A stretch of DNA of 64,000 nt from Escherichia coli (GTDB lineage: Bacteria > Pseudomonadota > Gammaproteobacteria > Enterobacterales > Enterobacteriaceae). The stretch lies in NCBI RefSeq assembly GCF_013122565.1, contig NZ_CP053258.1, one strand, 5' to 3'. A model generated the notes under the pieces. That model saw only the letters and a program-made list of their open reading frames with translations, ran no database searches and was not told the origin of the DNA. The position numbers and the translations under genes were made by a program. Shown piece after piece: positions 22,750 through 35,341 of the stretch; within the stretch, counting starts at the first letter, position 1, and every line of letters begins with the position of its first letter.

Positions 22750-24006
22750 CTAAACGTTATCGTGGGGTGGCTGTTGCTTCGGACGATTGACCATCATCAT
22801 CGGCTTACCTGCTAATAACAGCCATGCCGGAAGCATGACGATACAGAGCAGCGGTAGCAAGGTGGTATTGGGTACAACGACTGCCGCCATAAAAAGACTT
22901 AACCAGCCATCACGTGTTACCACCAGCACGATGCCGAGAATAGCGCAGGAAACGGTTATTGCCGCTGGAACGGCGGGTACGTGCTCATGCAGCATCAACC
23001 CTAATGCCACGCCGACAAACACTGCCGGGAAGATTCGTCCACCGCGAAAGCCACTGGCGGCAGCAACGACCAGGGCGGTAAGTTTAATTACCGCCAGCAA
23101 AAAGTAATCGCTGGTGCTGAAAGCCTGATTTGCCACCATCTGCTGCATCTCATCCAGTCCTTTAAACAGCGAAACCGGCCCACCAATAACCCCCAGAATA
23201 CCGAGAATAAATCCGCCAATACCCAGCACGAGCACCGGATTTTTCATTTGATGCATCATCGCGTGCAATCGTGGTAAGCACCATACGGCGACCATCCCTG
23301 CTGCGATGGCAATCGCCGCGACAATTGCACCGCTGAGAATATCGGTCATTTCCATCTGTCCGTAATGCGCAATGGGCAGTGAAAAATGAGGATGGAAAAA
23401 TAATCCGGTAGTAAGTGCACCAGCTGCTGCCGCCATTAACGGCGCAAAGAGACGATCCCATAGCGGAACTTCACTACTGCCATTTAAGGTTTGCGAAAAT
23501 ATCAACGCCGCCGCAACAGGTGTGCCAAACAGTGCGCCAATGGTTCCGGCAGAGGCTAAAATAGTCCACTCCATTCGGTTGACGCGCGGTAACAGACGAG
23601 CGCCAATGGCGACGGCAAGGGCGATATTGACGGTCATGATCGGATGTTCCGGCCCCAGGCTGACGCCGCCAGCAAGACCGAGAATTAATGCTACGATAAG
23701 TCCAGGTAGCGCAGAGGGCGGAACCGGTGCGCCGATCAGCGGTTCACAGGCGGGGTCTGGTCCGGCATGACCCTGGCTGAAACGGATAACCAACCCCACC
23801 GCAATACCCGTTAGCGTTAATACACCGATGATCCAGAGGGGTGAATCCTGGGCTATCCCCAGAGTTCCCGGCAGTCGTTGCCAGAGCAAATTCTGTAATA
23901 CCGAGGCGATTTTCATCACCACAATCAGAATAAGACTGGACGCAATCCCAATTGCCACGGCGGGGAGCGATAATAACAACATGGTTCTGGCTCGCGGATG
24001 GAGCAT
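22750..24006 (-). CDS. yfeO: ClC-family voltage-gated chloride channel-like transporter
   Basis: 418-aa polytopic membrane ORF, Gly/Ala-rich ClC-type helices. Confidence 0.85.
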   Translation of the reverse strand: MLHPRARTMLLLSLPAVAIGIASSLILIVVMKIASVLQNLLWQRLPGTLGIAQDSPLWIIGVLTLTGIAVGLVIRFSQGHAGPDPACEPLIGAPVPPSALPGLIVALILGLAGGVSLGPEHPIMTVNIALAVAIGARLLPRVNRMEWTILASAGTIGALFGTPVAAALIFSQTLNGSSEVPLWDRLFAPLMAAAAGALTTGLFFHPHFSLPIAHYGQMEMTDILSGAIVAAIAIAAGMVAVWCLPRLHAMMHQMKNPVLVLGIGGFILGILGVIGGPVSLFKGLDEMQQMVANQAFSTSDYFLLAVIKLTALVVAAASGFRGGRIFPAVFVGVALGLMLHEHVPAVPAAITVSCAILGIVLVVTRDGWLSLFMAAVVVPNTTLLPLLCIVMLPAWLLLAGKPMMMVNRPKQQPPHDNV

Positions 24007-24209
24007 GTTCTATTCCTTATGCGGGGTCAGATACTTAGTTTGCCCAGCTTGCAAAAAGGCATCGCTGCAATTGGTGCTGAAACGATAAAGTAATTGTGTG
24101 ACCCAGATCGATATTTACAGGGAGCCTGCCTTTCCGGCGTTGTTGTTATGCCCCCAGGTATTTACAGTGTGAGAAAGAATTATTTTGACTTTAGCGGAGC
24201 AGTTGAAGA

Positions 24210-25175
24210 ATGACAAAGTATGCATTAGTCGGTGATGTGGGCGGCACCAACGCACGTCTTGCTCTGTGTGATATTGCCAGTGGTGAAATCTCGCAGGCTA
24301 AGACCTATTCAGGGCTTGATTACCCCAGCCTCGAAGCGGTCATTCGCGTTTATCTTGAAGAACATAAGGTCGAGGTGAAAGACGGCTGTATTGCCATCGC
24401 TTGCCCGATTACCGGAGACTGGGTGGCAATGACCAACCATACCTGGGCGTTCTCAATTGCCGAAATGAAAAAGAATCTCGGTTTTAGCCATCTGGAAATT
24501 ATTAACGATTTTACCGCTGTATCGATGGCGATCCCGATGCTGAAAAAAGAGCATCTGATTCAGTTTGGTGGCGCAGAACCGGTAGAAGGTAAGCCTATTG
24601 CGGTTTACGGTGCCGGAACGGGGCTTGGGGTTGCGCATCTGGTCCATGTCGATAAGCGTTGGGTAAGCTTGCCAGGCGAAGGCGGTCACGTTGATTTTGC
24701 GCCGAATAGTGAAGAAGAGGCCATTATCCTCGAAATATTGCGTGCGGAAATTGGTCATGTTTCGGCGGAACGTGTGCTTTCTGGCCCAGGACTGGTGAAT
24801 TTGTATCGCGCAATTGTTAAAGCCGACAACCGCCTGCCAGAAAATCTCAAGCCAAAAGATATTACCGAACGCGCGCTGGCTGACAGCTGCACCGATTGCC
24901 GCCGTGCGTTGTCGCTGTTTTGCGTCATTATGGGCCGTTTTGGCGGCAATCTGGCGCTCAATCTCGGGACATTTGGCGGCGTGTTTATTGCGGGCGGTAT
25001 CGTGCCGCGCTTCCTTGAGTTCTTCAAAGCCTCTGGTTTCCGTGCCGCATTTGAAGATAAAGGGCGCTTTAAAGAATATGTCCATGATATTCCGGTGTAT
25101 CTCATCGTCCATGACAATCCGGGTCTTCTCGGTTCCGGTGCACATTTACGCCAGACCTTAGGTCACATTCTGTAA
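24210..25175 (+). CDS. glk: Glucokinase
   Basis: 321-aa [24 protein letters not shown]... (ROK/glucokinase ATP-binding motif). Confidence 0.96.
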   Translation: MTKYALVGDVGGTNARLALCDIASGEISQAKTYSGLDYPSLEAVIRVYLEEHKVEVKDGCIAIACPITGDWVAMTNHTWAFSIAEMKKNLGFSHLEIINDFTAVSMAIPMLKKEHLIQFGGAEPVEGKPIAVYGAGTGLGVAHLVHVDKRWVSLPGEGGHVDFAPNSEEEAIILEILRAEIGHVSAERVLSGPGLVNLYRAIVKADNRLPENLKPKDITERALADSCTDCRRALSLFCVIMGRFGGNLALNLGTFGGVFIAGGIVPRFLEFFKASGFRAAFEDKGRFKEYVHDIPVYLIVHDNPGLLGSGAHLRQTLGHIL

Positions 25176-25393
25176 ATCCTTCCTGTTATATCGGGAGATA
25201 ACTCTCCCGATAATCTTTTAAATCATACAGTTAATTCAATTTTTCTTTGTGTCCCCTCACAAGGCCGACCTGCGTCACACTTCCGTACAGCGGGATTAAT
25301 TCTCCAGTAAATGCATTATTTGTCTGGTAACGGCGATTTGTTTTGCACGTTCATAATTTCACTCGTCAACTATCACTGAACGAGGAATTAACG

Positions 25394-25720
25394 ATGAGTA
25401 AGAAACTGATTGCCTTATGTGCCTGCCCGATGGGCCTGGCTCACACTTTTATGGCCGCTCAGGCGCTGGAAGAAGCAGCGGTAGAAGCCGGTTATGAAGT
25501 GAAAATTGAAACCCAGGGCGCGGACGGTATCCAGAATCGCCTGACGGCGCAGGATATCGCCGAAGCGACAATCATCATCCACTCCGTGGCAGTTACCCCG
25601 GAAGATAACGAGCGTTTCGAATCACGCGACGTTTATGAAATCACTTTGCAGGACGCAATTAAAAACGCTGCGGGCATCATCAAAGAAATCGAAGAGATGA
25701 TTGCCTCTGAACAACAGTAA
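25394..25720 (+). CDS. fryB: PTS fructose-like IIB component
   Basis: ORF 25343-25720; start placed at MSKKLIALCACPMGLAHTFMAAQ (IIB Cys phosphorylation site). Confidence 0.88.
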   Translation: MSKKLIALCACPMGLAHTFMAAQALEEAAVEAGYEVKIETQGADGIQNRLTAQDIAEATIIIHSVAVTPEDNERFESRDVYEITLQDAIKNAAGIIKEIEEMIASEQQ

Positions 25721-25741
25721 TATTCGACAGGGATAATTGTT

Positions 25742-26989
25742 ATGGCCATTAAAAAACGCAGTGCAACCGTTGTGCCTGGCGCATCCGGTGCGGCAGCGGC
25801 AGTTAAGAATCCGCAGGCCTCTAAAAGCAGCTTCTGGGGTGAACTCCCGCAGCATGTGATGTCAGGGATTTCACGCATGGTGCCGACCTTAATTATGGGC
25901 GGTGTGATCCTCGCTTTCAGCCAGTTGATTGCTTATAGCTGGCTTAAAATTCCTGCTGATATCGGCATCATGGATGCTCTTAATAGCGGAAAATTCTCCG
26001 GTTTCGACCTCTCCTTACTGAAATTTGCCTGGCTGTCGCAGTCCTTCGGCGGCGTGTTGTTTGGTTTTGCCATTCCGATGTTTGCTGCTTTTGTGGCGAA
26101 CTCTATCGGTGGCAAATTGGCGTTCCCGGCTGGTTTTATCGGCGGGTTGATGTCTACCCAGCCGACGCAACTGCTGAACTTCGATCCCAGCACTATGCAA
26201 TGGGCGACCTCTTCGCCGGTGCCGTCCACCTTCATTGGTGCCCTGATTATTTCTATCGTTGCTGGTTACCTTGTGAAGTGGATGAACCAGAAAATCCAGT
26301 TACCGGATTTCCTGTTAGCGTTCAAAACCACATTTTTGCTACCGATTCTTTCCGCCATTTTTGTCATGCTGGCGATGTACTACGTCATTACCCCATTTGG
26401 TGGCTGGATCAACGGCGGTATCCGTACCGTGCTGACTGCCGCAGGTGAGAAGGGCGCGCTAATGTATGCGATGGGGATCGCCGCGGCGACAGCAATCGAC
26501 CTTGGTGGACCGATCAACAAAGCCGCAGGTTTCGTTGCCTTCAGCTTTACCACTGACCACGTATTACCGGTCACCGCACGTTCTATCGCTATCGTTATTC
26601 CGCCGATTGGTCTGGGGCTGGCGACCATTATTGACCGTCGTTTAACCGGCAAACGCCTGTTCAATGCTCAGCTTTATCCGCAGGGTAAGACCGCGATGTT
26701 CCTGGCGTTTATGGGGATCAGTGAGGGTGCGATTCCGTTTGCGCTGGAAAGCCCCATCACCGCCATTCCGTCGTATATGGTCGGCGCGATTGTCGGCTCA
26801 ACCGCCGCTGTCTGGCTGGGCGCAGTGCAATGGTTCCCGGAGTCCGCTATCTGGGCATGGCCGCTGGTCACTAACCTTGGCGTCTATATGGCGGGGATCG
26901 CGCTGGGGGCAATCATTACAGCGCTGATGGTGGTGTTCCTGCGTCTGATGATGTTCCGCAAAGGCAAATTGTTAATCGATAGCCTGTAA
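25742..26989 (+). CDS. fryC: PTS fructose-like IIC permease component
   Basis: 415-aa polytopic membrane ORF downstream of fryB. Confidence 0.88.
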   Translation: MAIKKRSATVVPGASGAAAAVKNPQASKSSFWGELPQHVMSGISRMVPTLIMGGVILAFSQLIAYSWLKIPADIGIMDALNSGKFSGFDLSLLKFAWLSQSFGGVLFGFAIPMFAAFVANSIGGKLAFPAGFIGGLMSTQPTQLLNFDPSTMQWATSSPVPSTFIGALIISIVAGYLVKWMNQKIQLPDFLLAFKTTFLLPILSAIFVMLAMYYVITPFGGWINGGIRTVLTAAGEKGALMYAMGIAAATAIDLGGPINKAAGFVAFSFTTDHVLPVTARSIAIVIPPIGLGLATIIDRRLTGKRLFNAQLYPQGKTAMFLAFMGISEGAIPFALESPITAIPSYMVGAIVGSTAAVWLGAVQWFPESAIWAWPLVTNLGVYMAGIALGAIITALMVVFLRLMMFRKGKLLIDSL

Positions 26990-27003
26990 GAAGGAAAATC
27001 CAG

Positions 27004-28089
27004 ATGACATTACTCGCTTCGCTGCGCGACTGGCTTAAGGCGCAACAACTGGATGCGGTGCTTCTCTCATCACGGCAGAACAAACAGCCGCATCTGGGGA
27101 TCTCCACCGGATCAGGCTATGTGCTGATTAGCCGTGAAAGTGCGCACATTCTGGTGGATTCGCGATATTACGCGGATGTGGAAGCCCGCACGCAAGGCTA
27201 CCAGCTGCATTTGCTTGACGCGACGCACACGCTTGCAACCATCGTCAATCAAATCATTGCCGATGAACAGATACAGACGCTCGGTTTTGAAGGTCAGCAG
27301 GTGAGTTGGGAAACCGCGCACCGCTGGCAGTCTGAACTCAATGCGAAACTGGTTAGCGCCACGCCGGATGTGCTGCGGCAAATCAAAACGCCAGAGGAGG
27401 TGGAGAAAATCCGCCTTGCCTGTGGGATTGCCGATCGCGGTGCAGAGCATATTCGCCGCTTTATTCAGGCGGGGATGAGCGAGCGCGAGATAGCCGCTGA
27501 ACTGGAGTGGTTTATGCGCCAGCAGGGCGCAGAAAAAGCCTCTTTTGACACCATTGTCGCCAGCGGCTGGCGTGGGGCGCTACCGCACGGCAAAGCCAGC
27601 GACAAGATTGTTGCAGCGGGCGAGTTTGTCACTCTCGATTTCGGTGCGCTCTATCAGGGCTACTGCTCTGATATGACGCGCACCTTGCTGGTGAATGGCG
27701 AAGGGGTGAGCGCCGAATCTCATCCGCTGTTTAACGTCTATCAGATTGTTTTGCAGGCACAGCTTGCGGCAATCTCTGCAATTCGCCCCGGCGTGCGCTG
27801 CCAGCAGGTTGACGACGCCGCGCGCCGGGTGATTACCGAGGCAGGTTTTAGCGACTATTTTGGTCATAACACCGGTCATGCTATCGGCATTGAAGTCCAT
27901 GAAGATCCGCGTTTTTCACCGCGGGATACCACGACGCTACAGCCAGGCATGTTACTGACCGTGGAGCCGGGGATTTATTTGCCAGGGCAAGGGGGCGTGC
28001 GCATCGAAGATGTTGTGCTGGTCACCCCGCAAGGCGCAGAAGTGCTCTACGCCATGCCGAAAACAGTGTTGCTCACGGGAGAGGCATAA
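27004..28089 (+). CDS. ypdF: Xaa-Pro aminopeptidase (M24 family)
   Basis: 361-aa ORF with M24 metal-ligand motifs ([19 protein letters not shown]). Confidence 0.88.
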   Translation: MTLLASLRDWLKAQQLDAVLLSSRQNKQPHLGISTGSGYVLISRESAHILVDSRYYADVEARTQGYQLHLLDATHTLATIVNQIIADEQIQTLGFEGQQVSWETAHRWQSELNAKLVSATPDVLRQIKTPEEVEKIRLACGIADRGAEHIRRFIQAGMSEREIAAELEWFMRQQGAEKASFDTIVASGWRGALPHGKASDKIVAAGEFVTLDFGALYQGYCSDMTRTLLVNGEGVSAESHPLFNVYQIVLQAQLAAISAIRPGVRCQQVDDAARRVITEAGFSDYFGHNTGHAIGIEVHEDPRFSPRDTTTLQPGMLLTVEPGIYLPGQGGVRIEDVVLVTPQGAEVLYAMPKTVLLTGEA

Positions 28090-29126
28090 TGGATTTATCG
28101 CTATTAAAAGCGTTGAGCGAGGCAGATGCGATCGCCTCCTCGGAACAGGAAGTGCGGCAGATCCTGCTGGAAGAAGCGGATCGCCTGCAAAAAGAAGTGC
28201 GATTTGATGGTCTGGGATCGGTGCTGATCCGCCTCAATGAATCGACAGGTCCGAAGGTGATGATCTGTGCGCATATGGACGAAGTGGGATTTATGGTGCG
28301 CAGCATCTCCCGCGAAGGGGCGATTGATGTGCTGCCGGTTGGCAACGTACGCATGGCTGCCCGCCAGCTGCAGCCGGTGCGCATCACCACCCGTGAAGAG
28401 TGCAAAATTCCAGGCCTGCTTGACGGCGACCGGCAGGGGAATGACGTCAGCGCCATGCGCGTGGATATTGGCGCGCGCTCGTATGACGAAGTGATGCAGG
28501 CGGGAATTCGTCCAGGCGATCGCGTCACGTTTGATACTACTTTTCAGGTTCTCCCTCACCAGCGGGTGATGGGGAAAGCCTTTGATGACCGCCTCGGTTG
28601 CTACCTGCTGGTGACGTTACTGCGCGAACTACACAGCGCTGAACTGCCTGCGGAAGTGTGGCTGGTGGCCAGTTCCAGCGAAGAGGTGGGGTTACGCGGC
28701 GGGCAAACTGCCACCCGCGCGGTGTCGCCGGACGTCGCCATTGTGCTTGATACCGCCTGCTGGGCGAAAAACTTTGATTATGGCGCGGCTAACCATCGCC
28801 AGATTGGTAACGGGCCGATGCTGGTGTTAAGCGATAAATCGCTGATTGCGCCGCCAAAACTTACCGCGTGGATTGAAACCGTGGCGGCAGAAATTGGCGT
28901 GCCGTTGCAGGCGGATATGTTCAGCAACGGCGGCACGGACGGCGGGGCGGTGCACTTAACCGGCACCGGCGTGCCCACGGTGGTGATGGGGCCAGCAACC
29001 CGCCACGGACATTGCGCCGCATCGATTGCCGACTGCCGTGACATTTTGCAGATGCAGCAGCTTTTATCTGCCCTTATTCAACGTCTTACGCGTGAGACGG
29101 TTGTTCAACTGACGGATTTCAGATGA
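28089..29126 (+). CDS. ypdE: M42-family aminopeptidase
   Basis: 345-aa ORF, start overlaps the ypdF stop; M42/FrvX-like. Confidence 0.88.
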   Translation: MDLSLLKALSEADAIASSEQEVRQILLEEADRLQKEVRFDGLGSVLIRLNESTGPKVMICAHMDEVGFMVRSISREGAIDVLPVGNVRMAARQLQPVRITTREECKIPGLLDGDRQGNDVSAMRVDIGARSYDEVMQAGIRPGDRVTFDTTFQVLPHQRVMGKAFDDRLGCYLLVTLLRELHSAELPAEVWLVASSSEEVGLRGGQTATRAVSPDVAIVLDTACWAKNFDYGAANHRQIGNGPMLVLSDKSLIAPPKLTAWIETVAAEIGVPLQADMFSNGGTDGGAVHLTGTGVPTVVMGPATRHGHCAASIADCRDILQMQQLLSALIQRLTRETVVQLTDFR

Positions 29127-29150
29127 TCTCCTGATTAACCCGGAGCGGTT

Positions 29151-31646
29151 ATGTTAACGATTCAATTTCTCTGTCCTTTGCCTAACGGTCTTCATGCCCG
29201 TCCGGCGTGGGAACTTAAAGAACAGTGCAGCCAGTGGCAAAGCGAAATCACCTTCATCAACCATCGCCAGAACGCAAAGGCAGATGCGAAAAGCTCGCTG
29301 GCGCTGATTGGCACCGGCACCTTATTTAATGACAGTTGCAGCCTGAACATTAGCGGCAGCGATGAAGAGCAGGCGCGGCGCGTGCTGGAAGAGTACATCC
29401 AGGTGCGCTTTATCGACAGCGACAGCATCCAGCCAACGCAGGCAGAACTGACGGCGCATCCGCTGCCGCGTTCATTAAGCCGCCTGAACCCGGATTTACT
29501 GTACGGCAACGTGCTGGCAAGCGGCGTCGGCGTGGGGACGCTGACCCTGTTACAGAGTGACAGCCTCGACAGTTATCGGGCGATCCCCGCCAGTGCGCAA
29601 GATTCCACCCGGCTGGAGCACAGCCTGGCAACGCTTGCCGAGCAACTGAACCAGCAATTGCGTGAGCGTGACGGCGAAAGCAAAACTATCCTCAGCGCCC
29701 ATTTGTCGCTGATTCAGGATGATGAATTTGCAGGCAATATCCGTCGCCTGATGACAGAACAGCATCAGGGGCTGGGGGCGGCGATCATCAGCAATATGGA
29801 GCAGGTTTGTGACAAGCTTTCTGCCTCTGCCAGCGATTATCTGCGCGAGCGGGTTAGCGACATTCGCGATATCAGCGAACAGTTGCTGCATATCACCTGG
29901 CCGGAACTGAAGCCGCGCAACAATCTGGTGCTTGAAAAACCGACCATTCTGGTGGCTGAAGATTTAACCCCAAGCCAGTTTTTGAGCCTGGATTTAAAAA
30001 ATCTTGCGGGCATGATTCTGGAGAAAACCGGGCGCACCTCGCATACACTGATTCTGGCCCGCGCCTCGGCGATCCCGGTACTGAGCGGCCTGCCGCTGGA
30101 TGCGATTGCCCGTTATGCCGGGCAACCGGCGGTGCTTGACGCCCAGTGCGGCGTGCTGGCGATTAACCCGAATGACGCGGTGAGCGGTTATTATCAGGTC
30201 GCGCAGACGCTGGCGGATAAACGCCAAAAACAACAGGCGCAGGCTGCCGCGCAGCTGGCTTATTCCCGTGATAACAAGCGTATTGATATCGCGGCGAATA
30301 TCGGCACCGCTCTGGAAGCGCCAGGCGCGTTTGCCAACGGCGCGGAAGGCGTTGGACTGTTCCGTACTGAAATGCTGTATATGGATCGCGACAGCGCGCC
30401 GGACGAGCAGGAGCAATTTGAAGCCTACCAGCAGGTGCTACTGGCGGCGGGCGACAAGCCGATTATCTTCCGCACAATGGACATCGGCGGCGATAAAAGC
30501 ATTCCTTACCTCAACATTCCCCAGGAAGAGAACCCGTTCCTCGGCTATCGCGCGGTACGTATTTACCCGGAATTTGCTGGCCTGTTCCGCACTCAACTGC
30601 GGGCTATTTTGCGTGCTGCCAGTTTCGGCAACGCCCAGTTGATGATCCCTATGGTTCACAGCCTCGATCAGATCTTATGGGTGAAGGGCGAGATCCAAAA
30701 AGCGATCGTTGAGCTTAAGCGCGATGGCCTGCGTCATGCAGAGACGATTACGCTGGGTATCATGGTGGAAGTGCCGTCGGTGTGCTACATCATCGACCAC
30801 TTCTGCGATGAGGTCGATTTCTTCAGTATCGGCTCCAACGATATGACCCAGTATCTGTATGCGGTCGATCGTAATAACCCGCGCGTATCGCCGCTGTATA
30901 ACCCGATTACGCCATCGTTCCTGCGCATGTTACAGCAGATAGTTACCACTGCGCATCAGCGGGGCAAATGGGTAGGCATTTGCGGTGAACTGGGCGGTGA
31001 AAGCCGTTATCTGCCGCTACTGCTTGGGCTGGGCCTGGATGAGCTGAGTATGAGTAGCCCACGCATTCCGGCGGTGAAAAGCCAGCTTCGTCAACTGGAT
31101 AGCGAGGCGTGTCGGGAACTGGCGCGTCAGGCATGTGAATGCCGCAGCGCGCAGGAAATTGAAGCGTTACTCACCGCCTTTACGCCGGAAGAAGACATTC
31201 GCCCATTACTGGCGCTGGAGAATATCTTTGTTGATCAGTCCTTTAGCAATAAAGAGCAGGCGATTCAGTTCCTGTGCGGTAACCTCGGCGTTAACGGGCG
31301 CACTGAACATCCGTTCGAGCTGGAAGAAGATGTCTGGCAGCGGGAAGAGATAGTCACCACTGGCGTTGGTTTTGGCGTGGCGATCCCGCACACCAAATCG
31401 CAGTGGATCCGTCATTCCAGTATCAGCATTGCCCGGCTGGCGAAACCGGTTGACTGGCAGTCAGAAATGGGCGAAGTCGAACTGGTGATCATGCTGACGC
31501 TGGGTGCTAACGAAGGTATGAATCATGTGAAAGTCTTCTCGCAGCTGGCGCGTAAACTGGTGAATAAAAACTTCCGCCAGTCGTTGTTTGCCGCGCAAGA
31601 TGCACAAAGTATCCTGACGCTGCTGGAAACAGAATTAACCTTCTGA
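29151..31646 (+). CDS. fryA: Multiphosphoryl transfer protein (HPr-like / enzyme I-like / IIA-like fusion) of the fry PTS
   Basis: 831-aa ORF; N-terminal HPr-like LPNGLHARPA, central EI PEP-utilising domain, C-terminal IIA(Fru)-like. Confidence 0.9.
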   Translation: MLTIQFLCPLPNGLHARPAWELKEQCSQWQSEITFINHRQNAKADAKSSLALIGTGTLFNDSCSLNISGSDEEQARRVLEEYIQVRFIDSDSIQPTQAELTAHPLPRSLSRLNPDLLYGNVLASGVGVGTLTLLQSDSLDSYRAIPASAQDSTRLEHSLATLAEQLNQQLRERDGESKTILSAHLSLIQDDEFAGNIRRLMTEQHQGLGAAIISNMEQVCDKLSASASDYLRERVSDIRDISEQLLHITWPELKPRNNLVLEKPTILVAEDLTPSQFLSLDLKNLAGMILEKTGRTSHTLILARASAIPVLSGLPLDAIARYAGQPAVLDAQCGVLAINPNDAVSGYYQVAQTLADKRQKQQAQAAAQLAYSRDNKRIDIAANIGTALEAPGAFANGAEGVGLFRTEMLYMDRDSAPDEQEQFEAYQQVLLAAGDKPIIFRTMDIGGDKSIPYLNIPQEENPFLGYRAVRIYPEFAGLFRTQLRAILRAASFGNAQLMIPMVHSLDQILWVKGEIQKAIVELKRDGLRHAETITLGIMVEVPSVCYIIDHFCDEVDFFSIGSNDMTQYLYAVDRNNPRVSPLYNPITPSFLRMLQQIVTTAHQRGKWVGICGELGGESRYLPLLLGLGLDELSMSSPRIPAVKSQLRQLDSEACRELARQACECRSAQEIEALLTAFTPEEDIRPLLALENIFVDQSFSNKEQAIQFLCGNLGVNGRTEHPFELEEDVWQREEIVTTGVGFGVAIPHTKSQWIRHSSISIARLAKPVDWQSEMGEVELVIMLTLGANEGMNHVKVFSQLARKLVNKNFRQSLFAAQDAQSILTLLETELTF

Positions 31647-31648
31647 CG

Positions 31649-32506
31649 TTAGCCCTGAAAACGGGCGCTGTACTCTCCCGGCGTCAGACCAAACTGACGC
31701 CGGAAAACGCGACAAAAATAGTCGCTATCCGGAAAACCGCAACGCTGTGCCACTTCATGAATTGACAGATGATATTTCTGCAAAATCATCCTCGCCTTCG
31801 CCATTCGCACCCAACGCACATACTCGATAAAACGCATCGTTCCATGCTGAGCAAACAGTTTTGACAGATGATTGGGCGTGATATTAAAAAACTGCGCCAC
31901 GCTCTCGCGGGTGAGCGGCTGGGCATAATTATCCTGAACCCAGTTACAAATGCTGTGATAGAGAAAATCGCCGCGCGGCTGCGAATTGCCCGGCGGCATA
32001 TTCACCACGTTACGGCAAAGATGCAGCAAACTTAACACCAGCGGCTGAATGATATTTTGCTCCAGCGGCGAACGGCTAAGATGGGTGAGGGCGGTAAGCA
32101 TCGCTTCACCTTCACCGCGTTGCAGGCTGGGCAGCTGGATCTGGCGAGCAGGATGCAACAACGACGTGGTGCGGCTATCGTAAAATGATAACCCAAGCCA
32201 GGTCGGTGAGAACACCAGGCTTAACAGCATCACCGGTTTGTTGTTGACCGGTAAATTAGCCGCGCGCGCCGGAATAAACAGCATTTCTCCTTCCACCAAA
32301 CGTTGCTGCTTTGCTTCCAGCAGATTGCCGTATTCGCCGCGCAGCACGATATCCAGACGGGGAAAATCAATACATAAACTGCCCACCGGCAACGAGGCAG
32401 GCTGGCTGGCAAACCAGACGCGCCCCAGTAGTTGCGGGTTAAGCACCAGGCCGCTGAACAGATCGGCGAAAAATTGTTGATCGGCGGGCAAGCCTGGTGC
32501 TTTCAT
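31649..32506 (-). CDS. ypdC: AraC-family transcriptional regulator
   Basis: 285-aa ORF with C-terminal AraC HTH (IHEVAQRCGFPDSDYFCRVFRRQFGLTPGEY). Confidence 0.9.
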   Translation of the reverse strand: MKAPGLPADQQFFADLFSGLVLNPQLLGRVWFASQPASLPVGSLCIDFPRLDIVLRGEYGNLLEAKQQRLVEGEMLFIPARAANLPVNNKPVMLLSLVFSPTWLGLSFYDSRTTSLLHPARQIQLPSLQRGEGEAMLTALTHLSRSPLEQNIIQPLVLSLLHLCRNVVNMPPGNSQPRGDFLYHSICNWVQDNYAQPLTRESVAQFFNITPNHLSKLFAQHGTMRFIEYVRWVRMAKARMILQKYHLSIHEVAQRCGFPDSDYFCRVFRRQFGLTPGEYSARFQG

Positions 32507-32518
32507 GAAAGTTCCCGA

Positions 32519-33271
32519 TTAAAGATGCATTAACTGGCGGAATTCTTTAACTTTGCTGCGGCTGACCGGCACTTCAAAATCCAGATCTTTCAGCCGCAGA
32601 ATGTAGGTGTTATTAAACCACGGTTCGATCTCGCGGATTTTGTTCAGATTGACACAAAATGAGCGATGGCAGCGGAAAAAATGCGACGGCGGCAGTTTGC
32701 TGCAAAATTCGGTAATGTTCATCGGCATTACGTAGGATTCACGCCGCGTATAAACAAAGGTCATTTTCTCGTGCGCTTCGGCGTAATAGATATCGTTAAT
32801 GGGGGTGACGATTATTCGCTCATCTTTCACCAGATTTATGGTGTCATTCTCACGCGTTACCGTCGCGGCAGGCGTGCTGCTGGTCTGCTGTTGTTGCCAG
32901 GCCGCTTCCAGTTTTTGCAGCATCCCGGTAATGCGTGACTCCTGATACGGTTTGAGAATGTAGTCAAACGCCTCCAGTTCAAACGCTTCTACCGCATGTT
33001 CTTTCCACGCGGTGATAAACACAATAAACGGTTTATGGGCGAACTGGCTGATGTTTTGCGCCAGCAACACACCATCCAGCGACGGAATATTGATATCCAG
33101 AAAAATGGCGTCGACGCGGTTATGCTGCAAAAACTTCAACACGTCCAGACCGTCGTCAAAGGTGCCGACAATCTCCATCTGGCTGTGCTCTTTAATTAGC
33201 CAGCTCAGTTCCTGTTGTGCCAGGAATTCGTCTTCAACAATGATGACTTTCACAATATCACTCCGGCTCAA
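32519..33271 (-). CDS. ypdB: LytTR-family response regulator (pyruvate-responsive two-component system)
   Basis: 250-aa ORF with receiver domain then LytTR domain; ATG overlaps the ypdA stop (ATGA); K-12 may be annotated from an internal GTG at 33253. Confidence 0.9.
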
Positions 33272-34965
33272 AGCAATAACGTAGCCTGTGAGGCGACTGG
33301 GGTGCGTTGGTTAGGAATGTAAAACGCAATTTCCGTTCCTGGTTCCAGGCGGCGGATATGCAGCCCCTCGCCATACAATAACTTCACGCGATGATGGACA
33401 TTCAGCAGGCCAATTTTATTGCCCGGCATTTCATTCGCTTCGACCCGCTCAATCACCTTTGGATCGATGCCGTGCCCGGTATCCCGCACCGCAATGCGTA
33501 CCCGATTACCACACTCTGCAACGCTGATGGTGACAACGCCTTTACCTTTGCAAGGCTGAATACCGTGGACAATGGCGTTTTCCACCAACGGCTGGATCAG
33601 CAGGCTGGGAATGCAGCAATTCACCTCTTCATCAATATCATAGATAACCGTCAGCTTGTCGCCAAAGCGGGCCTGCTCAATGGCAATATAGTCTTTAATT
33701 TGATACAGCTCTTTTTTGATATCGATTTGCTCATCGTCTTTTAATTCAATGTTATAGCGCAGATAGCGCGACAAATTAAAGATCAGCTGGCGAGCAGTAT
33801 CCGGATTCAGACGGATCGACGATGAAATAGCGTTCAGAGCGTTAAACAGAAAATGGGGATTAATTTTGCTTTGCAGGGCGCGAAGCTCTGCCTTATTTGC
33901 CATTTCACGTAGCTGCTCGGCGCGTGAAACCTCCAGTTGGGTGGAGATGATTTGCGACAGACCGACCGCCATTTCCTGTAATGACGAGGTGATCTGATGC
34001 GCGTGGCAGTAGTAAATTTTCAGCGTTCCGGTCACAACGCCTTTCTCCCACAATGGGATCACCAGCATGGAATGAATCTCTGGTGTGCGGTGGGCTTCAT
34101 CATTGTTTTTAATGATTATTTTTCCGTAATTCATCGCCTGACGGGTAGTCGGGCTAATGAAGTCATCGCCATTCTGATAGTTATGTTCACCTACGCCAAC
34201 ATAGGCCAGCACATGATCGGTATTAGTAATCGCCACCGCATCGGCGTGAATATCATCGCGGATAATTTCGCAGACCTTGCGTAATGACTCGCTATTGACA
34301 TGGCGAAACAGCGGCAGCGTTTTGTTGGCGATATCCAGCGCCAGCTTGGCCTGCCGCGCGGCGCTGGCCTCTTTTTCGCCCTCAACGCTTTGCACCAGAA
34401 GCACAATAAAGCCGATACAGACGCTGCCGAGGATCATTGGAATGCCGATTTTAGAGACGATATCGATCCCCAACGCGGTAGTTGGTGCCCAGACAATCAC
34501 CAGAATCATGGTCAACGTTTCGCACAACATGCCGCCGAGAATACCGACGCGCCAGCGCTGCGCTTTGGGGATTTTCAGGTTGATCCAGCCCGATATACAA
34601 CCCGCCAGAATGCTGGTGATAAAGCAGGGGATCGCCGTCACGCCGCCGATATCAATTAAATAACGGTGAATACCCGCAATCACGCCGGTAATGATGCCGA
34701 CCCACGGGCCAAACAGAATCCCGCCTGACATCACCGCGATAATACGTACGTTCACCAGCGAGCCTTCTACGGGGACGCCGGACCAGGTGCTGAACAGGGC
34801 GAACAGCGAGAAAATGGCGGTAACAGCAAGCAACTCTTTTGGGGAGTGTGCCGACTTGTGCAACAGCTCGCGAAACAGGCGGATACGGATGAGAAAGAAC
34901 AGGCAGATAAGCATTAACGCTGCCCGATCGAAGACCGCCAGCAGCATGTTGAATATTTCGTGCAC
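33268..34965 (-). CDS. ypdA: LytS-type sensor histidine kinase (5TM receptor-GAF-HisKA-ATPase)
   Basis: 565-aa ORF; N-terminal TM helices, [19 protein letters not shown]-box, ATPase G-boxes. Confidence 0.92.
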
Positions 34966-35341
34966 GGGTGACTCTGAATAAGGATTAAACCTCTATGATA
35001 GGTAACCTGAAGGCTGATGACCAGCAGGCCGTTTTTGAGGAAAAACCACAATTTTAAAAGGGGATTGAAAGATAAATGGTGTATTAGCAATGCATCTCTT
35101 GATAATGCACATCTGGGTGGTAAATTTATTGAAATTATAATGTTAATAAAATGAGTGGTATTTTTCTTGTTAGCGTAGATAAATTTCCTGTTTTTAAAGC
35201 GGAGTTCCTCATTTAAAGCCATTAACAAAAATGTTCTAAAACGCTGGACAGACAGAAATTAATCAGGCTATTTTCAAAACAGCCACCATCGTGGCAGCGT
35301 CGCTCGGACGGTCCGGGCGCTAACGTTAATCTGAGGAAATT

